Positions 39,572 through 49,061 of a stretch of DNA of 64,000 bases are shown one piece after another (the first letter of the stretch is position 1; the number at the start of each line of letters is the position of its first letter). The stretch is from a plasmid, in the sequence record NZ_CP067423.1. One strand, given 5' to 3'. The notes beneath the pieces are model-generated. The model did no database searches and was not told the DNA's origin. It saw only the letters and a program-made list of their open reading frames with translations. A program made the position numbers and the translations under genes.

Positions 39572-39646
39572 TGTTGACTGCCGTCAAAACCACCAAAAAA
39601 ACCCACGGTTTCAAGCGCATAAGCCGCTTAAGGGGGTGCTAGTCAA

Positions 39647-40657
39647 ATGGCGCGGAAAAATCCCTTTGCCAGCATCATGGACAACGGCGACGCTCCCGCC
39701 GAGCGCCCGGTCGCGCAAGACTACACCTTCAAGGGGGCATCACGCTCGCTCATAAGCTCGATCGACGAAATGGCGGCTCAGGCAGGCAAGCTGCTCGAGG
39801 GCGAGACGATAATCGAGGTTAACCCCGACCTGGTGGACCAATCTTTCGCCAACGACCGGCTCAACGTCGATCAGGAAGATTACGAGGCCGACTACGCTCA
39901 GGTGTTGGAGTCGATCCGTGGTTCCGGCCAGAACTCCCCGGCGCTCCTTCGCCCTCACCCGCAGCGGCCCGGCCGCTACATGCTGGTCTTCGGTCGCCTC
40001 CGCTGGCGCGCCGCAAAAGAGCTTGGTCTCAAGCTTCGCGCTGTCATCAAGGATATCTCCGAGCGCGATCATGTGATCGCCCAGGGACAGGAAAACAACG
40101 CGCGAGCGAACACGTCCTTCATCGAGAAAGCACTGTTTGCCGCCGACATCGTTGAGCGGAAATTCGACGAGGACAACGCCACAGCCCTCGCCGCAATCGG
40201 TGTCGATCGGCCGACGCTTTCAAAGATGCTCTCTGTCGCCTCGATGCCCAAGGAACTTCTCGAGGCGATCGGCCGCGCGAAGGCTGTCGGTCGTGATCGC
40301 TGGTATGAGCTCAAGCTCCTCCTCGACAAGCCGGGCAATCTCGACACTGCCCTGGCTCTGGCATTGAGTTCCGATTGGCATGGGATGCCAAGCGAAGCGC
40401 GGTTCGATGCGGTCGTCACGAAGCTGAAGGCATCCAAGCCGCGCCGCCGTGCCGCGCAGGCGCCATCCAAACGCAACTGGGCGCCGTCTGATGGGCGTAT
40501 CGCCGCGGAGATGGTGGCCAGTGGCAAGAAATTCACCATCGCCCTCAAGGCGAAGGGAACCGACGCAGCAGCGTTCGGTGACTACCTCTCGGAAAATCTC
40601 AGCGAGTTGTATGAGGCTTTCCGTCGGGAAAAACGAGCAACCACGAACGGAGATTGA
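39647..40657 (+). CDS. repB: Partitioning protein RepB (ParB family)
   Basis: 336 aa with ParB-like N-terminal and HTH regions. It follows repA. Confidence 0.85.
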   Translation: MARKNPFASIMDNGDAPAERPVAQDYTFKGASRSLISSIDEMAAQAGKLLEGETIIEVNPDLVDQSFANDRLNVDQEDYEADYAQVLESIRGSGQNSPALLRPHPQRPGRYMLVFGRLRWRAAKELGLKLRAVIKDISERDHVIAQGQENNARANTSFIEKALFAADIVERKFDEDNATALAAIGVDRPTLSKMLSVASMPKELLEAIGRAKAVGRDRWYELKLLLDKPGNLDTALALALSSDWHGMPSEARFDAVVTKLKASKPRRRAAQAPSKRNWAPSDGRIAAEMVASGKKFTIALKAKGTDAAAFGDYLSENLSELYEAFRREKRATTNGD

Positions 40658-40669
40658 GCGCAAAAGAAA

Positions 40670-40815
40670 AAGGCCCCCGAAACGGCAATTCCGGAAGACC
40701 TTCTCTTTAAGTTTGGCGACTGAGAGAATCCCACTTCCGCGAATCATAGTCAAGACCATTCAGGTCGGTTTGAGCGCCGATTCGGCGAGCAGGTTTCTTT
40801 TGCCTAGCAATAGGT
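40670..40815 (-). ncRNA. Expected repABC antisense ctRNA locus (repB-repC intergenic); exact ends not resolved
   Basis: By established repABC architecture, a small counter-transcribed RNA is encoded on the opposite strand in the repB-repC intergenic region. The complement of 40648-40680 has GC-rich hairpin potential followed by a T-run. I could not define the stem unambiguously. Confidence 0.3.
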
Positions 40816-40823
40816 GAAGGACA

Positions 40824-42140
40824 ATGCAGACGCATACCCCAACGACGCCCTTTGGGCGGCGAACGATGTCACTTGGCATGATGGCAAGCCAGGCTGTGGC
40901 AAAATCGGCACCGGCTGGCGCCCAGGTCCAGAAATGGAAAGTGTTCCAGACGATCCGGGAAGCGCGCGAGCTGATCGGCGCTACGGACCGCGCACTCGCC
41001 ATTCTCAACGCGCTGCTCTCGTTTCATCCGGAAACGGAGCTCACAGGCGACGGCGAACTGATCGTCTGGCCGTCCAACGAGCAACTCATGGCCCGTGCGA
41101 ACGGAATGCCGGCGACGACGCTACGGCGCCACCTGGCCGTCCTGGTCGACTGCGGGCTGATCATCCGCAGAGATAGTCCGAACGGCAAGCGCTTCGCCCG
41201 CAAGGGCAGGGGAGGTCAAGTCGAACAGGCCTACGGGTTCGACCTGGCGCCGATCGTTGCCCGGGCCGGGGAATTCAAGGAGCTGGCGGACACCGTCCGG
41301 GCCGAGAAGAACGCCCTTCGGATCGCCAAGGAGCGTCTCACGCTCCTGCGCCGCGATATCGTCAAGCTCATCGAGACTGGCATCGAGGAGAACGTTCCGG
41401 GCAATTGGGGCAGGGTCTACCAGACCTATCAGGCCATCGTCTGCCGCTTGCCGCGCTCAGCGCCGAGGCAACTCATCGAGGATATCTGCTGCGATCTTCA
41501 CGGCCTCTACACGGAGATCCTCGAGGTATTGGAATCATTTGCAAAAACACAGAATCCGGACGCCAATGAGTCCCATTCTGGTCGCCACATACAGAATTCA
41601 AACCCAGACTCCATATTTGAATCTGAAGACCGCTCTCGAAATAAGAATGAAGCGGGCGGCAGCGCCGCGGAAACCGACAACGTACGGAGCTTGCCGAAGC
41701 GAGAATTGCCTTTGGGCATTGTGCTGGACGCCTGCCCCAACCTGCGAGAATTGACGCAAGGCGGGGAAATCCGTCACTGGCGCGACTTTCTGGCCGCGGC
41801 GGAACTGGCCCGGCCGATGCTGGCAATCAGTCCCAGCGCGTGGCGGGACGCCTGCGAGGTCATGGGCGAACAGCACGCGGCGATCACCCTTGCCGCGATC
41901 TACCAGCGATCAGACCAGATCAACAGCGCCGGCGGCTATCTGCGCAGCCTGACCGACAAGGCAAGGGACGGCAAATTCTCGACCTGGCCAATGATCATGG
42001 CACTGCTGCGCGCCAAGCTGGACGCCGACAAATCGGCGGAGAAAACCGGCCACGAACCGCGAAGCGGCGGTGAAAGCGGGGAAGGGCGGCTCGAAGTCTC
42101 GGAAGCCCTTCTGCGGTCGCTGAACAAGCCCAGATCGTGA
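40824..42140 (+). CDS. repC: Replication initiator RepC
   Basis: 438 aa. The N-terminus (TPFGRRTMSLG...KWKVFQTIREARELIGATDRALAILNALLSFHPETEL) is typical of RepC. Last gene of repABC. Confidence 0.9.
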   Translation: MQTHTPTTPFGRRTMSLGMMASQAVAKSAPAGAQVQKWKVFQTIREARELIGATDRALAILNALLSFHPETELTGDGELIVWPSNEQLMARANGMPATTLRRHLAVLVDCGLIIRRDSPNGKRFARKGRGGQVEQAYGFDLAPIVARAGEFKELADTVRAEKNALRIAKERLTLLRRDIVKLIETGIEENVPGNWGRVYQTYQAIVCRLPRSAPRQLIEDICCDLHGLYTEILEVLESFAKTQNPDANESHSGRHIQNSNPDSIFESEDRSRNKNEAGGSAAETDNVRSLPKRELPLGIVLDACPNLRELTQGGEIRHWRDFLAAAELARPMLAISPSAWRDACEVMGEQHAAITLAAIYQRSDQINSAGGYLRSLTDKARDGKFSTWPMIMALLRAKLDADKSAEKTGHEPRSGGESGEGRLEVSEALLRSLNKPRS

Positions 42141-42377
42141 TGATTGATAGATTTGAATTCCGCGGGCGGCAACTCGGTCAGTCTCTGTCGTCGTCGATCA
42201 GACCGTCAAAAGTTTCGAGCAGTGCATCGATGATCGATTGGCCAAGGGCATTTGCAGCTTCGCCCATCCGGGCATCGTCTCCGCACCGCGCCGCAGAAGC
42301 GAGCTCCGAACCCTGCTCGGTCAGGATCGACTTGGTTCGCTCGATGGCCCATTGGGCGAAATCGTCGCGGCTGTTGA

Positions 42378-43490
42378 CGGACGTTGGTGCAGAAATCAGG
42401 ATGGGGCCGGATTACCCCCTTTCCCGCGGCGGTCAGGCGATCCGGCGGGACACCGGCATGCCGAGGCCGGTCATGATGTTGATGACCTTACATCCGGCGG
42501 TTGCCTCGACCTTCTGGGCAGGCAGACTCCGACCCCGCAGGCTGCGGCCAATCAGGGCCTTGTACCGAAACACCGCCACTTCGACCAAGGATCTTTTCCC
42601 GTAGCCGACGGCCCGCTGCCATCCCAGCCGACCACGCTCCTCGATCAGCTGGATGTGGCGGTCGCGCTGGGTCGGCTCGGTGTCCGCCGCGGCGCTCGGC
42701 ACCGCGGTCGAGCGGGGCGGGATGACCACGGCGGCGTCGGGAGTGTGCCCGGCGACGGAGCGGTAGACCGGCTCCCCATCGTATGCGCCGTCGGCGAACA
42801 CCGCGGAGATCGGGCGGTCGATCTGATCGAGCAGCGGGCCGACCCGCGACGCGTCGCCCTCGTCCATGGTGGTCAGCTCCGAGGCGAGGATCTCGCCGCT
42901 GTCGGGATCGATCGCCAAGTGGAGCTTGCGCCAGGTCCGTCGCGGCTTGCCGCCGTGTTTCTCGTGCAGCCACTCGCCGGCCCCGAACACCTTCAGGCCG
43001 GTGCTGTCGATCACCACGGTCACCGATCCGTTCGCCCGTTTCAGCGCCGCCGCGATCCCCAGGTCGACGCCGCGGCGCGAGAAGGTCGTATGGTCCGGGA
43101 CCGGCAGCTCCAGGCCGAGCAGCCCCATGACCGACTTCAGCATGCCTTCGGTCTGACGCCATGGACGACCAAAGGCCAGGCGCAACATCAGCCCGGCCTC
43201 GATGGCGATGTCCGAATAGCTTCGCGGCCGGCCGCGTTTGCCTGACCGGGCCGGTGTCCAGGCCGCGAGCGCCTCGGGCGTCACCCAGACCGTCAGGCTG
43301 CCCCGTCGCTGAAGTGCGGCATCATACTCGGCCCAGTTGTCAATCTTGTAGCGCGCCTTCGGGATCTTGTGGCGGCGGGGTTCGTTCGCCTTGTAGGGCA
43401 TGCAAATCTCGAGGGGCGACAGGCGGGCGGCCCCTATACGCGACCTGACTCCCGGACGCCAGCTCGATCACCATTTTCGCACCAATGTCC
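42378..43490 (-). mobile_element. IS5-family insertion sequence (about 1.1 kb) with imperfect terminal inverted repeats
   Basis: The left end GGACGTTGGTGCAGAAATCAGG (42378-) matches the right end reverse complement GGACATTGGTGCGAAAATGGTG (-43490) at about 16 of 22 positions. The element encloses the transposase ORF 42433..43401. Confidence 0.7.
42433..43401 (-). CDS. IS5-family (DDE) transposase
   Basis: 322 aa. The N-terminus MPYKANEPRRHKIPKARYKIDNWAEYDAALQRRGSLTVW is typical of the IS5/IS427 group. The DDE region (...VIDSTGLKVFGAGEW...FADGAYDG...) is present. Confidence 0.8.
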   Translation of the reverse strand: MPYKANEPRRHKIPKARYKIDNWAEYDAALQRRGSLTVWVTPEALAAWTPARSGKRGRPRSYSDIAIEAGLMLRLAFGRPWRQTEGMLKSVMGLLGLELPVPDHTTFSRRGVDLGIAAALKRANGSVTVVIDSTGLKVFGAGEWLHEKHGGKPRRTWRKLHLAIDPDSGEILASELTTMDEGDASRVGPLLDQIDRPISAVFADGAYDGEPVYRSVAGHTPDAAVVIPPRSTAVPSAAADTEPTQRDRHIQLIEERGRLGWQRAVGYGKRSLVEVAVFRYKALIGRSLRGRSLPAQKVEATAGCKVINIMTGLGMPVSRRIA

Positions 43491-44283
43491 CGCCCAGGCG
43501 CTCCTTGCCGCCGCTCGAGGTCTGGCGCGGCACCAGGCCGAGCCAGGCCGCCAGATGGCGACCGGACTCGAAGACCGTGGCGTCGCCGACCGTCGCCGTC
43601 AGCGCCGTCGCGGTGATCGGGCCGATGCCGGGAACCGTCATCAGCCGCTGACACGCCTCGTCCGCCTTCGCCTGCTCAGCCAGCCGGGCGTCGAGGTCCT
43701 CGACCCGGCGTTCGGTGTCGCGCAGCTGGTCGACAAGACTCTGAAGAATGCTTCGCGCCAGAGCGGGAACCCGGGTGTCCTCCAGGTCGGCCACCACGGC
43801 GGTCAGCTGCGCGACCTTGCCGGCGCCCTCGGGGGCGATGATGCCGAACTCGGCGAGATGGGCGCGCAGCGCGTTGATCAGCTGGGTCTTCTGGGCGACC
43901 AGCGTCTCGCGCACCCGGTGGATCGCCAGCGTGCTCTGCTGCTCCTCGGTCTTGACCGCAACAAAGCGCATGCTCGGTCGCTGCATCGCCTCGCAGATCG
44001 CTTCCGCGTCGGCCCGGTCGTTCTTCTGGCGCTTCACGTAGGGCTTGACGTACTGCGGCGCCATCAGCCGCACCGTGTGGCCGAGCCGGGTAAGTTCCCG
44101 TGCCCAAAAATGCGACCCGGCACACGCCTCCATTCCAACCACGCACGGCGTCAGGTTGGCGAAAAACGCCAGCACCGCGTCTCGCCGCAGACGCTTCGTC
44201 ACCACCACCTTGCCCTGAACGTCGATGCCATGAACCTGAAACACCGACTTCGCCAGATCGAGACCGATGAATGCCGCGGACAT
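43468..44283 (-). pseudogene. IS110-family transposase, 3'-truncated by the IS5 insertion
   Basis: The N-terminal DEDD domain (MSAAFIGLDLAKSVFQVHG) and the TVPGIGPITA motif are present. The ORF ends at ...GKERLGGTLVRKW, exactly where the IS5 right inverted repeat begins. The usual IS110 C-terminal region is absent on the other side of the IS5. Confidence 0.65.
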
Positions 44284-44394
44284 CGCACACTCTCCGGGAT
44301 GAAAGGGACCTATCCGTTACGTGGCACTGACGTGCCAGATGCGGGAGGCCGTCCACCTCATCACTCCAAGGTGAACCGGTAACATTATTTCAGC

Positions 44395-45027
44395 TCAGTT
44401 GGAAGCGTGCTCACGCTCTTCTACCACGCGTTTCTCGTCTTCTGTTCCGTTAAGAGCTTCAAGCGCTCGATCGATATCCTCCAAGCGTTTTAGCAGTTTG
44501 ATGCGCTCCAGCTTAAGCTGATGACGTTGTGCTTCTAAATCAATAGGCTGCGGAGCACGGACGCGTCGTTTGAATTGCAGAATATCCTCTCGCCGCATCT
44601 CTGGCTGTATTATGCCTTCTTTCAGCGCTTGAACACGTTCCTCTGAAGTTAGAGTCGTAATTTGGTAACACGTCTCCGAAGCATTGGGCAGTAAGTTTAA
44701 CGGCAGTTCTTCAGCTTCGATAAACCGAGCTACACTCATCAGCTTATTAGCGGACTGGTGGCTAAATGGCAGGTCGGATGCTACCATCGCCATAAACTCG
44801 CCGTGCTGCAGCCTGTCCTTCGCGGCAAGTAGGTAGCGCCCGATGAGTAGAAAGCTTTCTTGACTTTCCGTCCAAGCACGTCGAATTTCCGCAGCAAATT
44901 CCTCGCGTGCGAGGAGTTTAGCTGGATCGCGTGGAGGTGTGAGACGTGGTGCCAGTATGCCAATTGGGGCGAGGATCTCTCCGGCGTCCTCAGTCGTCAT
45001 GATACGCGGCGTTTGTTTCCTAGCCAT
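44395..45027 (-). CDS. Hypothetical protein, probable ParA partner (centromere-binding/ParB-analog candidate)
   Basis: 210 aa, immediately downstream of the small ParA gene with an 8-nt overlap. The C-terminus is coiled-coil. No family assigned. Confidence 0.4.
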   Translation of the reverse strand: MARKQTPRIMTTEDAGEILAPIGILAPRLTPPRDPAKLLAREEFAAEIRRAWTESQESFLLIGRYLLAAKDRLQHGEFMAMVASDLPFSHQSANKLMSVARFIEAEELPLNLLPNASETCYQITTLTSEERVQALKEGIIQPEMRREDILQFKRRVRAPQPIDLEAQRHQLKLERIKLLKRLEDIDRALEALNGTEDEKRVVEEREHASN

Positions 45028-45652
45028 GGATCATAGCCTCTACCGCCTGGGCCAACTCGGCGAAATCGTTGCGAACTGCAGCATCGTCCAATGGCATCCC
45101 GAAGAACGAGTAGTTCTGATAAGCTGCGCGAAGCGGCACCTCAGCGCTGAGCAACGGCACTTTGAACGCAGCAAGTTGCTCGCGAGCGAACCCTGCGGCT
45201 TGAGTTCGCTTATTAACCTGCATCAGCACAGCAGCCGCTGGGATCATGATATTAGGCTTATATCGTTGTGCCTGCCGTTCTGCGGTGGTGACATGCTGAT
45301 ACGTCCGTGCTGCTTCGATAGCATCTTTCTGGTCAGGTCGGGCTGGAATTAGAACGGCGCTTGCTACCCCGATAGCGTAGACTAGTCCGCGCGCTAGTGC
45401 TCCGGCGACGTCAATAACAACCACCTCAGAACGCTGTTCAGCCTCAGACGCAGCATCGACGAGGTCATCTTCGTCTACGACAGTCCATGGAATGGGTGAT
45501 TTCGCTCCCTTGAGCCACTGACTCAAGTTGCGATTGGGATCGACATCCAGAACCTCTACGGATTTTCCCGTTCGGTGCCAATGATCTGCCAGACACAGTG
45601 TCAGAGTGGTTTTTCCTGGGCCACCCTTGGTGGAAGCAACCGTAATGATCAT
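45020..45652 (-). CDS. parA: ParA-family partition ATPase (small, type Ib-like)
   Basis: MIITVASTKGGPGKTTLT is a deviant Walker A motif. 210 aa; divergent from the iteron/repA region. Confidence 0.85.
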   Translation of the reverse strand: MIITVASTKGGPGKTTLTLCLADHWHRTGKSVEVLDVDPNRNLSQWLKGAKSPIPWTVVDEDDLVDAASEAEQRSEVVVIDVAGALARGLVYAIGVASAVLIPARPDQKDAIEAARTYQHVTTAERQAQRYKPNIMIPAAAVLMQVNKRTQAAGFAREQLAAFKVPLLSAEVPLRAAYQNYSFFGMPLDDAAVRNDFAELAQAVEAMIHG

Positions 45653-45821
45653 GTCCTAAACTTCCGCGCCTGATTCCTATGCCACCCTGCGTCTCTCACC
45701 ATTGAGTGTCAAGCGTTGGGAGCTGATAAGAACGATGATAGTTATCTAGTTCAGCGGTTAAACGGCTACGCCGTTACGGAGCCGAATCAATTTTCAAAAT
45801 CAATATCTTATACCTAATTGC

Positions 45822-46197
45822 GTGGATCAAATGACGAAGGCTTGTGGAGCAAACGACGAGTCTCTGTGGATGTCATGCCTAATTGATGTGGATCAAATGA
45901 CGAGTTGAGGTGAGCGTCGCGACATCCTCCTTTCTAACGTGGATCAAATGACGACATCGCGACTGTGGATAAGTGGCTAGTCTGGATTGGAATGTGGATC
46001 AAATGACGAGGAGCGTGGGTCTGCTGACGAGAAACGTGGATGTAATGACGAGCCACCTTGGTGTGGGCAGCCTCCGAAGACCCGACAAACCCAAAAAGTT
46101 CGTCATTTGATCCACATCGTTACGTTTATCCGTGCCGCTTGGGAGGGCTAGAGGCATGATGGTAGATGTTGGAGACAGTTATCGTCATTACGTCCAC
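45822..46197. repeat. Iteron array: repeats of GTGGATCAAATGACGA (5 direct copies and variants, plus 2 inverted copies)
   Basis: Direct copies lie at 45822, 45888, 45939, 45994 and 46036 (the last a variant, GTGGATGTAATGACGA), with degenerate copies at 45845 and 45964. Inverted copies TCGTCATTTGATCCAC (46100) and TCGTCATTACGTCCAC (46182) lie just upstream of repA. Confidence 0.75.
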
Positions 46198-46211
46198 ATC
46201 ATTGGTGCCCC

Positions 46212-47144
46212 ATGCAGCCTGACCAGCTTGCCCTTCAGCTAGACAGCCCACTTATGGGCAAGGCAAAGAATGATCGCAATTTGATGGTTTACGCGTGGTT
46301 CGGCTTGAACCGTGAAAAGCAAACTGAGCTTCCGATCTACGACGATGGAAAAGTTCGCATCGAAGTTACCGGTACGAAGCATGGGATCGCTAATATCTGG
46401 GATGCTGAGCTGCTTATTTATCTAGCTTCGATCATTCAGGAACGTATCAACCTTGGTGTAGTACCTGAGCCATTGGTGAGTTTCGCTGCACATGATTTCT
46501 TCCGTATCACTGAGACGAAGCCGGGCGGCAGTTCCTATGACCGGCTTGAGGAAGCCTTGGCACGATTGCGAGGCACGCTGATCCGCACCAACATCGAGAC
46601 GGGAGGCGAAGGAGAGTCGGAAGGTTTCGGTTGGATCGACAGCTATAAGATCCAGTACCGTCGCGGCCGCGATGGCGAGAAGATCATGAAGGCCGTACAA
46701 GTCAGGATTTGCGATTGGCTATTCCGTGCCATCGTTAAGGATCGGCGCATGCTGACCTATGATCCACGATACTTCAAGTTAGCGCCGCTTGAGAAGCGGC
46801 TCTATGAAATCGCCCGAGCGCACTGCGGCAACCAAAATGGTTTTAAGATCAACCTGCTGAAGCTTCACCGCCGGATCGGTACGGCGATGGAGCCACGGTT
46901 CTTTAAGGCGCAACTGGTAAAGATGGCAAAGCGGAAAAACCCGCTACCCGAGTATGGCTTTATGCTGGTCGACCCACGCGTCAAGTTGTCGGTGGATAAA
47001 AAAGCGTTGCCGCCACCCGGCCGCACTCCGCTCAAATCATGGATGGTGTTTTTTTTCAGAACTGATCGCCTCTCGAGTATGCCTCCGTTTGCTACAGCGC
47101 CAGAGGTTGAGGACGACTTCCCTGTATCGGAACTGCCAAGCTAA
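46212..47144 (+). CDS. repA: Replication initiator protein A (RPA family RepA)
   Basis: The N-terminus LMGKAKNDRNLMVYAWFGLNREKQTELPIYDDGKVRIEVTGT...IWDAELLIYLASI matches the RPA-type initiators of alphaproteobacterial plasmids. It lies immediately downstream of the iterons. Confidence 0.8.
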   Translation: MQPDQLALQLDSPLMGKAKNDRNLMVYAWFGLNREKQTELPIYDDGKVRIEVTGTKHGIANIWDAELLIYLASIIQERINLGVVPEPLVSFAAHDFFRITETKPGGSSYDRLEEALARLRGTLIRTNIETGGEGESEGFGWIDSYKIQYRRGRDGEKIMKAVQVRICDWLFRAIVKDRRMLTYDPRYFKLAPLEKRLYEIARAHCGNQNGFKINLLKLHRRIGTAMEPRFFKAQLVKMAKRKNPLPEYGFMLVDPRVKLSVDKKALPPPGRTPLKSWMVFFFRTDRLSSMPPFATAPEVEDDFPVSELPS

Positions 47145-47482
47145 TCGTGAGGGTGTACGGGAACGGTAATCAGCCGTATTCTGTATTACCAAATGTTTAC
47201 GCTGCTGAATCTTGAACAAACTAGCAACACGATCTGCCCCGCACTCGTGGTGTTTATACCGTAACAGGCATCACTGAGTATTCTCGTCGTCAGAAACACA
47301 ACTGATGCCAAAAGTCGGTCGGCTGAGGCCGCCAACGAGCGGCCGACCAGTTTCGTGACGTCGGACGTCAAGTAGCTTCGCAGGGACCCATCTGCAGCTC
47401 GGCTTCCGCTAGCTGGGGAATTGGCGATTTGCTCCGGGCGAAGATGGGTGGAAGCTGCTTGACGCCCACAGGCAGAAGACCC

Positions 47483-48230
47483 TCAAGCCCGTGTTCGCGT
47501 TCTCTGGGCAGACGCCTTGAATTTTTCTGGTTTTCGCGCCTTGTACCGGGCAGATTCCGGGCGTGTGTCTAGGAATTTTCCGGGCGTGCTGCGGCCTCGA
47601 TAACACTCAGAACGAGTTTGGGCGTTGATACGCCGAGCTTTTTCAGCAGCTTGGCCAGCTCCGAGCCGATCCGGGTGCGCTGAACAATAGCCCGGCTTTC
47701 CGTCCGATAGCGCACCGCCTTCAGGCAGTCGAGCGCATGGGCGATGCGCGCCCACGGCAGCGCGCAGCGGATCTCGGCGGCCTGCTGCATCTGCAAGGCC
47801 AACACACAGCTTCACGTGCGCCTCGATCCGCCGCGCCGTCCAGTGGAACATCGGCCGCACTTCATGCTCGCTCTGCTTCATGCGGCGGAAGCAGGACTCA
47901 ATGATCCAAGCGCCTTTGTATCCCAGGGCTACGTTCTCGGACGACAGCGTATCGTCGTTGGTGATCACCACGAACTTGTCGCCGAACTTCTCAGCCGTCT
48001 TCACCTTGCCCGTATTCAGCTTTGGCCGTCTGCGTCAGTTGGTGCCGAGATAGCGGCCGTACCGGCGCGAGGCTATCAGCCGGCAGGCTGCCTTGGGGTG
48101 ATCGACATCCCACTCGTCGAGCAGCGTGATGACCACCTCGAGTTCGGCCAGGACCTGCTCGTGGTGCTGACGCTGGCTTTCGGCCTCTCGCGGGTTCATG
48201 CACAGCACGTAGCGCCGGCGCCGCTCGCCC
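47483..48230 (-). pseudogene. IS4-family (DDE) transposase remnant, frameshifted and 5'-truncated
   Basis: The C-terminal transposase region contains ...VVITNDDTLSSENVALGYKGAWIIESCFRRMKQ..., the YxxRWxIE-type motif. The reading frame is interrupted near 48000 (...LGTN-stop, then the frame continues as KVKTAEKF). No intact N-terminal half is present. Confidence 0.5.
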
Positions 48231-48288
48231 TCCCGACGCGTTCGTGAGCTGAGCCGCCATCATGCGGCGATCGGCTCGTCAGCGGTCG

Positions 48289-48761
48289 AGGTCAACAGGG
48301 TTCGTGGGGACCCGCGCGCACAAGCGCAGCGCGGAGCGTGGGCGGAACCCCGTTGACCCCCACGGCTCTGATATCCTAATAGCTCCCTGGTTTGATCCTT
48401 AAACCAGGGATGCCCTCCCGGCGAGGGATCCTAAAATCTCACTTCCTCATAACCGAATAACGGAAGCAGGTTGATCAGGGTAGACCGCCAGCCTCGTGGT
48501 TGGGGAAAGCGGGCCGTGTTAGGTGGGTTCGTCGACCTGACCGCAAGCCAGGATACCCCGCTCCACGTCACCTTGTCAGCCCGACGGCGTTCCTTTCTCA
48601 GGACTTTGACTGGAGCAAAGACAGTGCCCTCGTCAGGCCGGCATCTCCTCCGGTTGCTGGTGGCAGCCGGAGGGAAGCCAGGAGAATATTTGGTGGGACG
48701 GGGTCAACAGGATTCCGCCCACGCTCCGCTCTGCGCTTGTGCGCGCGGATTCCCGTGAACC
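48289..48761. repeat. Two inverted copies of a ~60-70-bp hairpin-forming palindromic element flanking about 340 bp of highly structured sequence
   Basis: The reverse complement of 48298-48357 (GGTTCGTGGGGACCCGCGCGCACAAGCGCAGCGCGGAGCGTGGGCGGAACCCCGTTGACC) is about 90% identical to 48702-48761. Each copy is itself self-complementary at its ends (GGTCAACAGGG...CCCCGTTGACC). The inner region carries perfect hairpins, for example CCCTGGTTTgatccttAAACCAGGG. Confidence 0.5.
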
Positions 48762-49061
48762 TTAGCGCAAACAGTAGACGTCAGGCATGTTAGTACTGAT
48801 TAGCGATCGATGGTGATGTTGCTCAAGAGTCACACTAGCTGGGGCGAGGTCCATGCTGCATCTGATGATCATCGGAATTGCCGTGCTCGGCATGATCTGG
48901 AATGTGGACCTGGGCGCCCGGCCCTATGTCGACGTGGCAATGTGGCTTCTGTTCGCCGGGCTGATGTTTCACCTGGGTGACCGGTTCAACACCTGGCTGG
49001 ACCACTGGGCGGTCCGGCCCAGGTGGCGCCGGAACCGCCGCCGCGCAGCTGGACGGCCGGA

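Noticed and set aside
42141-42377. Continuation of the IS110-type transposase on the far side of the IS5 insertion
   Set aside because: Translating the expected frame gives VNSRDDFAQWAIERTKSILTEQGSELASAARCGDD..., which does not resemble IS110 C-termini. I conclude that part of the transposase gene is deleted, not merely interrupted.
45822-46197. Repeat array considered as a possible CRISPR locus
   Set aside because: The repeats are only 16 bp with irregular 28-50-bp spacing, include inverted copies, and sit directly upstream of a repA initiator gene with no cas genes. This is a classic iteron arrangement.
48289-48761. Group II intron / retron / IS110 bridge-RNA interpretations of the structured region
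   Set aside because: No domain V-like GAGC...GUUC motif or GUGYG 5' end at the boundaries, no adjacent reverse transcriptase or intron-encoded ORF, and it is not at an IS110 terminus. It is left as an unclassified palindromic element.
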